A stretch of 64,000 nucleotides of DNA from Methylotenera sp. (GTDB lineage Bacteria; Pseudomonadota; Gammaproteobacteria; Burkholderiales; Methylophilaceae). This document shows positions 58,050 to 64,000 of the stretch, piece by piece. Made by a program: the position numbers and the translations under genes. Where the stretch lies: positions 9,389 to 73,388 of the forward strand of contig JBBAOU010000003.1 in the NCBI GenBank assembly GCA_040401175.1, read 5' to 3'. The notes under the pieces were generated by a model. The model was not told where the DNA came from, made no database searches, and was given only the letters and a program-made list of their open reading frames with translations. The stretch's first letter is position 1. Every line of letters begins with the position of its first letter.

Positions 58050-58494
58050 CCACAGCGATCTTGAAAACAATTTTATGTATATTTTGCGTGCCAACTAAGG
58101 GCGCATGTGCATCTTCTGGAAAAAAGATGCAATAGGCATTTGCCGGTGTAGTAACCCAAGCGTCTGGTGCATCATAAAAAAACTGAATGTCTGTACTGGT
58201 GTTGTAATCGTCAACCGCTAACTGGCAATCTACCAGTGGTTTCCAGCCCATAGTATCCACGCCAGATAACACCAGTTGAATATCAATATATTTTCGATGA
58301 CATTCCAACTTTGCATCTGACTTTAAACGGCCCGGCACGCGTTCTACAATTGCGAATAAATCTTGACCTAAAATTGCATGCTGGCCATTCGCTAATGCTA
58401 ATAAGTCTGTTTTATTAATGTATTCAAATACCGTTGCAAACCTTGGATGCAGGACTGAATAGCGCTCCATGTTTGCAATCGTATCTAATATCAT
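58033..58494 (-). CDS. YhcH/YjgK/YiaL (DUF386) family protein
   Basis: MILDTI, ECHRKYIDIQ, IFFPEDAHAP and KIVFKI. Confidence 0.9.
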   Translation of the reverse strand: MILDTIANMERYSVLHPRFATVFEYINKTDLLALANGQHAILGQDLFAIVERVPGRLKSDAKLECHRKYIDIQLVLSGVDTMGWKPLVDCQLAVDDYNTSTDIQFFYDAPDAWVTTPANAYCIFFPEDAHAPLVGTQNIHKIVFKIAVDADYQ

Positions 58495-58500
58495 GGCAGA

Positions 58501-60276
58501 TCATTTCCACACTTTGCGATAAGCGGCCAATAGTTGTTGGTGCATTTTACTGCCTTCCATATTGGTGCCTAAATGACATAGGCCAAAATACTGATCAGTT
58601 TGATCGATTAGGCGCTGCGCTTGCTGCAAGGTTGCAGCGCCGTACATTAATGCTAGATTAGCCGTATAAAGCGCCGTATTTGACTGCTCTAACTCTTCAT
58701 TTATTTGCACTAAATTAGCAACGCAACGATAAACTTTAGCGCGTTCAGCGTTTAGCTCGTTAAATTGAGCAATCCAAGCGCAGCCATCTAAAATTTCATC
58801 GGCGCTACCACAAGCCAATGCCGCCAGCGTTTTAAGTTCTCCTACACGTAAATCTACCCAGGTGGTATTGGCGTCTGCGCATAAACCGATTAGCGTTGTT
58901 ACTGGAAGTTCGTCAGCCAACTCAAGGTCTAGCAACGTTTCTAATAATTCGGCAGACTCTTCCTGTTTAAGGGTTGGCAGTTGGATTGCAAAAGGGCGCA
59001 CCAAATTACCCACGGTGTTGTTTTCCCACTGTAATTCTTCTACTGGGTAAATTTCAGACATGCCGGGTACAAAAATGCGGCAGGCATATACACCTAAATG
59101 AGTAAAGTCGGCGATATACATATCGTGACCGCTGCCGTGTATGGTGTTCACGCACCAGTCGTAATCTTCTTTCGTGGAAGTGCCAAAGTTCCAGTCTACA
59201 AAGTCATAATCTGGCGTGCTACGTAAAAAGTCCCAGCTAATCACGCCGCTAGAATCCACAAAATGAATCTCTAAGTTTTGTGAATCGGCGATTTCTTCCA
59301 TGTCAAAGCCTGGCGCCACAAAGTTTTTCAGGTTATCAATCGCACGGCCTTGCAATAATTCTGTTAAAGCGCGCTCTAGTGCCACTTCAAAACGTGGATG
59401 CGCACCAAAGCTAGCAAAGCAACCTTGGTCTTCTGGGTGTAATAAGGTGACGCTCATCACTGGATATTGGCCGCCTAATGAAGCGTCTTTGACTAAAATT
59501 CCGTAACCGGCATCGCGTAAACCTTTAATGCCTGCGGCGATGCGCGGGAAGCGATTGATCACAGCTTCTGGCACGTCAGGCAGACAAATACCTTCGCGAA
59601 TAATTTTAAATTTGATGTCGCGCTCAAAAATCTCTGCCAAGGCCTGCGTGCGTGCTTCCATCATGGTGTTGCCGGCAGACATACCGTTGCTGACATATAA
59701 ATTACCAATAAGATTCACTGGAAATAATACGGTTTTGTCATCGCGTAAACGCGTGTAAGGAATGGCGCAAATGCCACGTTCAGCATTGCCTGAGTTTAAA
59801 TCCACCAGTTGACTGGCGATTGCGCCGCCTTCTGGGTTGTAGAATTTTTGCAATTCAGGCGTAAGCAGTTCTTTTGGCCATTTATCACCCTTTAGCTTGA
59901 ACCATTGCTCATTTGGGTAATGCACAAATGCATCATTTGCAATAGTTTCACCCAAGTAAAAATGCGTCCAAAAATAATTGGTGCTTAAGCGTTCAAAATA
60001 TTCACCCAGTGCGCTAGCGCGAGCGGCTAATTGTGATGCGCCTTTGCCGTTGGTAAACAAGCGCGTGCAATCCTTATCAATTACATGCACAGACCAAATA
60101 CCTTCAATTTCATTCAGCCAAGACTTTTCTTCTACATGAATACCAAGGGCCTCTAGCTTGCCTTGCAGCGTAGCGATAGAGGATTCTAACGAAGCATCTT
60201 TGCTCGGTATAAATGTATCGATTAGCCCAGTTTTAGGGGAAATGAAAGTTTCTGTGCTGCTAGTTTTGGGTTGCAT
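58501..60276 (-). CDS. ycaO: YcaO-domain protein (ribosomal S12 methylthiotransferase accessory factor family)
   Basis: KDASLE.SI, TNGKGA, ALGEYFERL, SNGMSAGNT and HPRFEVALER.LTELLQGR. ATG at 60276 preferred. Confidence 0.93.
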   Translation of the reverse strand: MQPKTSSTETFISPKTGLIDTFIPSKDASLESSIATLQGKLEALGIHVEEKSWLNEIEGIWSVHVIDKDCTRLFTNGKGASQLAARASALGEYFERLSTNYFWTHFYLGETIANDAFVHYPNEQWFKLKGDKWPKELLTPELQKFYNPEGGAIASQLVDLNSGNAERGICAIPYTRLRDDKTVLFPVNLIGNLYVSNGMSAGNTMMEARTQALAEIFERDIKFKIIREGICLPDVPEAVINRFPRIAAGIKGLRDAGYGILVKDASLGGQYPVMSVTLLHPEDQGCFASFGAHPRFEVALERALTELLQGRAIDNLKNFVAPGFDMEEIADSQNLEIHFVDSSGVISWDFLRSTPDYDFVDWNFGTSTKEDYDWCVNTIHGSGHDMYIADFTHLGVYACRIFVPGMSEIYPVEELQWENNTVGNLVRPFAIQLPTLKQEESAELLETLLDLELADELPVTTLIGLCADANTTWVDLRVGELKTLAALACGSADEILDGCAWIAQFNELNAERAKVYRCVANLVQINEELEQSNTALYTANLALMYGAATLQQAQRLIDQTDQYFGLCHLGTNMEGSKMHQQLLAAYRKVWK

Positions 60277-60453
60277 GTGAGTTTTATGGGAAAGTATTAA
60301 TAGGAAAAGATGACAGAATATCATGCACTTAAGAGGATACAAAAAAAGACGCTAGCACATGTCATATTGTAGGACATGTAATAGTAGTGAAATACCCCAC
60401 TGTATACTATTGTAATTTGATTATAATCTGGGTAACAAAAATTGATTTTTGGC

Positions 60454-60496
60454 ATACTTAATTTAACTATTTCAGTTAAATAGTTAAATTAAGTAT
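60454..60496. repeat. Perfect 19-bp AT-rich inverted repeat (5-nt spacer) between divergent ycaO and pabC
   Basis: ATACTTAATTTAACTATTT-CAGTT-AAATAGTTAAATTAAGTAT. Confidence 0.9.
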
Positions 60497-60578
60497 CTTT
60501 GTAAAGTCACAACCTACAATAAACATAATCTCGTTTTCAGCTAGTTTATTAAGTTAGGCTATGGTTTAATTGTAGGCT

Positions 60579-61397
60579 ATGAAAAGCGTTAATAAATATC
60601 TGGTTAATGGAAGTTTTGATCAAGTCATATCGCCAATGGACCGCGGTTTTGCTTATGGAGATGGCATTTTTCGTACCATGCGTATGAGTAATAGCCTGCC
60701 TGATTGTTGGCCTCAGCATTACCAAAAATTAGTCGCTGATTGCGCTGCTATTGGTATAGTTTGCCCAAGCGCTGAATTATTGATGAGTGATCTGCAGCAA
60801 TTATTTGCCATTGATGAAATTGCAGTAGCGAAAATAGTTATTACGCGCGGCGAAGGCGCACGTGGATACGCGCCACCAGCTATTACAACCCCGATGCGCG
60901 TTGTGATTAAATCCGCCATGCCGCAATATAAATCGAATCAACTCGTGAACGGTGTAAATTTGCACTTATGTGATCTCAAAATTGCGCATCAGCCAAAGTT
61001 GGCTGGCATTAAGCACCTTAATCGACTAGAAAATGTAATGGCGCGTATGGAGTGGCATGATGAGACTATTTTTGACGGCTTATTGCTGGATCAGCAAGGC
61101 AGCGTTATTGAATGTACGATGAGTAATGTATTTGCGCGTGTTGGAAATACGCTAATGACACCTGATCTTAGTTTGTGTGGGGTTTCTGGTATTACACGCC
61201 AGCGCATTATTGGCTTAGCTACAGTGCTTAAACTTAATGTTGTTATTTCTAATATTAGCTTAGATGAACTCCTAAAAGCTGATGAAGTAGTGATATGTAA
61301 TAGTTTATTTGGTGCTTTTCAAGTGAGTAAAATTGGCAATACAATAATGCCCAAACAAGGTTTAGCTAAAACAATCAGAAATGCACTTGCATTGTGA
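60579..61397 (+). CDS. pabC: Aminodeoxychorismate lyase
   Basis: DRGFAYGDGIFRT, ITRGEG.RGY, GIKHLNRLENV, ECTMSN and GITRQ. Confidence 0.94.
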   Translation: MKSVNKYLVNGSFDQVISPMDRGFAYGDGIFRTMRMSNSLPDCWPQHYQKLVADCAAIGIVCPSAELLMSDLQQLFAIDEIAVAKIVITRGEGARGYAPPAITTPMRVVIKSAMPQYKSNQLVNGVNLHLCDLKIAHQPKLAGIKHLNRLENVMARMEWHDETIFDGLLLDQQGSVIECTMSNVFARVGNTLMTPDLSLCGVSGITRQRIIGLATVLKLNVVISNISLDELLKADEVVICNSLFGAFQVSKIGNTIMPKQGLAKTIRNALAL

Positions 61398-61412
61398 TTG
61401 AAGTAAAAGCTG

Positions 61413-62414
61413 ATGATTAAAAAAATAAAAAAATGGCTGCTATTAAGCTTATTGACCTCCGCATTGCTGGCAGTTTGGCTGGCTTATTATGCAATAACAC
61501 CATTGAAACTTAGGCCAAATAGTCAGGAAATTGATATTCAGCCTAAGAGTGGTCTCAGAAGTATTGCCAATCAATTGGTTAAGCAGGGCGTTATAAAAGA
61601 ACCTTGGCGGTTTATTTTACTGGCTAAACTGTTTAAAAAAGAATCATTTTTGCAAGCCGGAAGCTATACGCTCAATAAAAATATTTCGCCTTACCAGCTA
61701 TTATTGTCACTTAATCACGGCAAAACAACGCAAGGCGCCGTCACTTTTATTGAGGGCCATACCTTTGCACAAATGCGAGAAAAATTAGCCAATAATGATG
61801 CGGTAAAACAAACGATTACAGGATTATCTGAATCTGAAATATTAAAGCTTATGGGCTCGCAATACCAAGTGGCCGAAGGCTTATTTTTCCCTGATACGTT
61901 CTATTTTGATCGCAATAGTGCAGACACTGTAATGATGAAACGCAGTTATGATGCGATGCAAAATAAATTAGCCAAAGCTTGGCTAACGCGTGACGCTAAT
62001 CTACCTTACAAGAACAGTTACGAGGCGCTTATTATGGCCTCTATTGTTGAAAAAGAGACCGGAAAACCTAGTGAACGGGCAATGATTGCGGGTGTGTTTA
62101 TTAACCGATTGCGCCTAGGGATGCGTTTGCAAACTGACCCAACAGTGATTTATGGTATGGGGTTACAATACAAAGGCAATATTCGAAAAAAAGACTTACT
62201 TTACGATACACCATACAATACTTACACTAGAAATGGTTTGCCGCCTAGCCCAATTGCGATGCCTAGTGCCGCCGCGATTGATGCGGCGCTACACCCAAAT
62301 ACCACTAAAGCACTTTACTTTGTAGGTAAGGGCGATAGTAGTCATGCTTTTTCTAATAACTTAGAAGCGCATAATCGTGCCGTTGTTAAGTATCAACTGA
62401 AAAAGCAATATTGA
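61413..62414 (+). CDS. mltG: Endolytic transglycosylase MltG
   Basis: N-terminal TM helix, EGLFFPDT, ASIVEKET, LQTDPTVIY and YNTY...GLPPSPI. Confidence 0.96.
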   Translation: MIKKIKKWLLLSLLTSALLAVWLAYYAITPLKLRPNSQEIDIQPKSGLRSIANQLVKQGVIKEPWRFILLAKLFKKESFLQAGSYTLNKNISPYQLLLSLNHGKTTQGAVTFIEGHTFAQMREKLANNDAVKQTITGLSESEILKLMGSQYQVAEGLFFPDTFYFDRNSADTVMMKRSYDAMQNKLAKAWLTRDANLPYKNSYEALIMASIVEKETGKPSERAMIAGVFINRLRLGMRLQTDPTVIYGMGLQYKGNIRKKDLLYDTPYNTYTRNGLPPSPIAMPSAAAIDAALHPNTTKALYFVGKGDSSHAFSNNLEAHNRAVVKYQLKKQY

Positions 62415-62437
62415 ATAATAAACCAAAGATTAGAGCA

Positions 62438-63046
62438 ATGACAACAGCTAAATTTATCACTTTAGAAGGCATGGATGGCGCAGGTAAAAGCACGCATATC
62501 CCAACCATCATTGCGGCTTTACAGGCGCGCGGCCATGAAGTTGTCTCAACGCGCGAGCCCGGAGGAACAGCCTTAGGTGAGCGGTTGCGAGAGCTTTTGC
62601 TACATGAAAATATGCATGCTGAAACTGAAACGTTACTGATGTTTGCCGCTAGACGAGAACATATCGCAACGGTAATATCACCTGCGCTAGCTAGAGGTGC
62701 TTACGTGTTGTCAGATCGATTTACCGATGCTACTTTTGCTTACCAAAGTGGCGCAAAAGGCGTATCTGTATCTAAAGTTGAATCTTTGGAACAGTGGGTA
62801 CAAGGCGATTTGCAGCCAGATCTGACACTATTGTTTGATGTACCAGTAGAGATTAGTATGCAACGCCTTGCGGCCGCGCGATCTCCAGATAAATTTGAGC
62901 GTGAAGATGCTGCTTTTTTCACACGGATTCGTCAGGCCTATTTACAGCGTGCCCAGCAAAACCCAGTCAGGTTTCGAATTATAGATGGCAGCAAATCACT
63001 CGATAAAGTTAAGAATACAGTTGAAGAAATTATTTCAAAACTATGA
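62438..63046 (+). CDS. tmk: Thymidylate kinase
   Basis: FITLEGMDGAGKST, REPGGT, DRFTDATFAYQ and PDLTLLFD. Confidence 0.97.
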   Translation: MTTAKFITLEGMDGAGKSTHIPTIIAALQARGHEVVSTREPGGTALGERLRELLLHENMHAETETLLMFAARREHIATVISPALARGAYVLSDRFTDATFAYQSGAKGVSVSKVESLEQWVQGDLQPDLTLLFDVPVEISMQRLAAARSPDKFEREDAAFFTRIRQAYLQRAQQNPVRFRIIDGSKSLDKVKNTVEEIISKL

Positions 63047-63075
63047 TTAATATAATAAATTTTAATTTTGTTTAA

Positions 63076-64000
63076 ATGATAATATCCGCTAATATCTACC
63101 CGTGGCAACTTAATGTTTGGCAGCATCTAAACCAAGATAGCCAAAAAATGCCGCATGCACTCTTATTAAACGGTCGTGCGGGGACAGGAAAATATGACTT
63201 CGCACTCTATTTTAGTCAATCACTGTTGTGCGCCGATAAAACGTGTGCTGATAAAAATCAGCAAGGTAAAGCTTGTGGTCAGTGCTCAAGCTGTAATTGG
63301 TTTAAAGACAATAGTCACCCAGATTTTCGAATATTAAGTCCAGAGCAAGATACCGATTCTGAAGAGGAAACTACAGTAACCAAAAAAACCAAAAAGAAAA
63401 CACAAATATCGGTGGCTCAAATCCGAGCCTTAAGCGGATTTTTAAGCATGTCTAGCCACAGAAGTGGTGGTCTGCGCGTAGTGCTTATTTATCCGGCGGA
63501 GGCGCTAAATCCAATTGCAGCTAATGCACTTTTGAAAATGTTAGAAGAGCCAGCCGAAGGCGTTATTTTTGTTTTAGTCGCGCACCAATTACAACGCTTA
63601 TTGCCTACCATTATTAGTCGTTGTCAAAAAATTAGCATGCTTATGCCCGATGAAAACCAAGCACTGGCATGGTTAGTCGAGCATGGTGTAAAAAATGCAG
63701 CTCAGCAATTAGCTTATTTAGAAGGCTCGCCAATTAAGGTATTTAATGAGCAATTGCAATTTGGCCAGCTCACTGAAATATGGCGGATGTTGGCTTTAGG
63801 CCGCAAGCTAGAACCCAGTATCGCAGCGTCTTGTTTAATTGCAAATTCGGTTGAAACTGGCGTAATTGCGATACAGAAATGGATTTATGATATTGTTGCA
63901 ATGAAATTTGGCAGGCAAGTACGCTACCATATGCAGCAGACTAACGCTTTGCAAGTACTGGCTGATAAAGTAAACTTAAGCCGTTTGTTTGACTTGCAAA
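63076..64000 (+). CDS. holB: DNA polymerase III delta-prime subunit (cut by the window end; absent from the ORF track)
   Basis: Manual translation: MIISANIYPWQ...HALLLNGRAGTGK...CGQCSSC.WF...HPDF...ANALLKMLEEP. Follows tmk. Confidence 0.95.
   Translation, partial: MIISANIYPWQLNVWQHLNQDSQKMPHALLLNGRAGTGKYDFALYFSQSLLCADKTCADKNQQGKACGQCSSCNWFKDNSHPDFRILSPEQDTDSEEETTVTKKTKKKTQISVAQIRALSGFLSMSSHRSGGLRVVLIYPAEALNPIAANALLKMLEEPAEGVIFVLVAHQLQRLLPTIISRCQKISMLMPDENQALAWLVEHGVKNAAQQLAYLEGSPIKVFNEQLQFGQLTEIWRMLALGRKLEPSIAASCLIANSVETGVIAIQKWIYDIVAMKFGRQVRYHMQQTNALQVLADKVNLSRLFDLQ

Noticed and set aside
60200-60276. Apparent N-terminal repeat in YcaO (TETFISPK / IDTFIPSK)
   Set aside because: DNA similarity between the two units is low and the start codon is uncertain.
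1-64000. CRISPR array, tRNA/rRNA genes, prophage, integrase or intact transposase
   Set aside because: No repeat-spacer periodicity, cloverleaf/T-loop signature or such ORFs were seen. Nearly all intergenic gaps are short and accounted for.

Overview
A gene-dense chromosomal segment, by eye low-to-mid 40s % GC (not computed). Gene content and order suggest a Methylophilaceae (Methylotenera-like) betaproteobacterium; this is an inference and was not confirmed by a search. It is mostly housekeeping: peptide ABC-mltD-gloB / yafS-rnhA-dnaQ-rfbB; queD; rsgA-cytochrome c-M48 / orn; glgA / crcB; rne / rluC-HAD-Rieske-S49; pgi-glgB / glgC-GH57-malQ-ROK kinase; a sulfur-starvation operon (oscA-like, porin, sbp, TOBE, cysT, cysW, cysA); queG / tsaE-amiC; mutL-yefM-yoeB-miaA; dapC; a TPR-GT41 glycosyltransferase; split mnmD/mnmC; ycaO / pabC-mltG-tmk-holB (cut by the window end). 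I found no rRNA, tRNA, CRISPR array, prophage or intact transposase. The best second-look items are: (1) an orphan ParA + 77-aa partner + HTH-less ParB/Srx-fold triad beside the glycogen genes; (2) an unannotated transcription unit with a perfect FNR box, an RBS and a small or broken ORF between crcB and rne; (3) a beta-CASP nuclease gene carrying four in-frame stops and no frameshift, facing a SUV3-like helicase; (4) a ~50-bp IS200/IS605-type scar; (5) a candidate anti-SD sRNA in the glgA 3' UTR; (6) a porin with no Met or Cys in its mature chain; (7) a 15-nt repeat tail on dnaQ echoed beyond rfbB; and (8) a palindrome-rich ycaO-pabC spacer.
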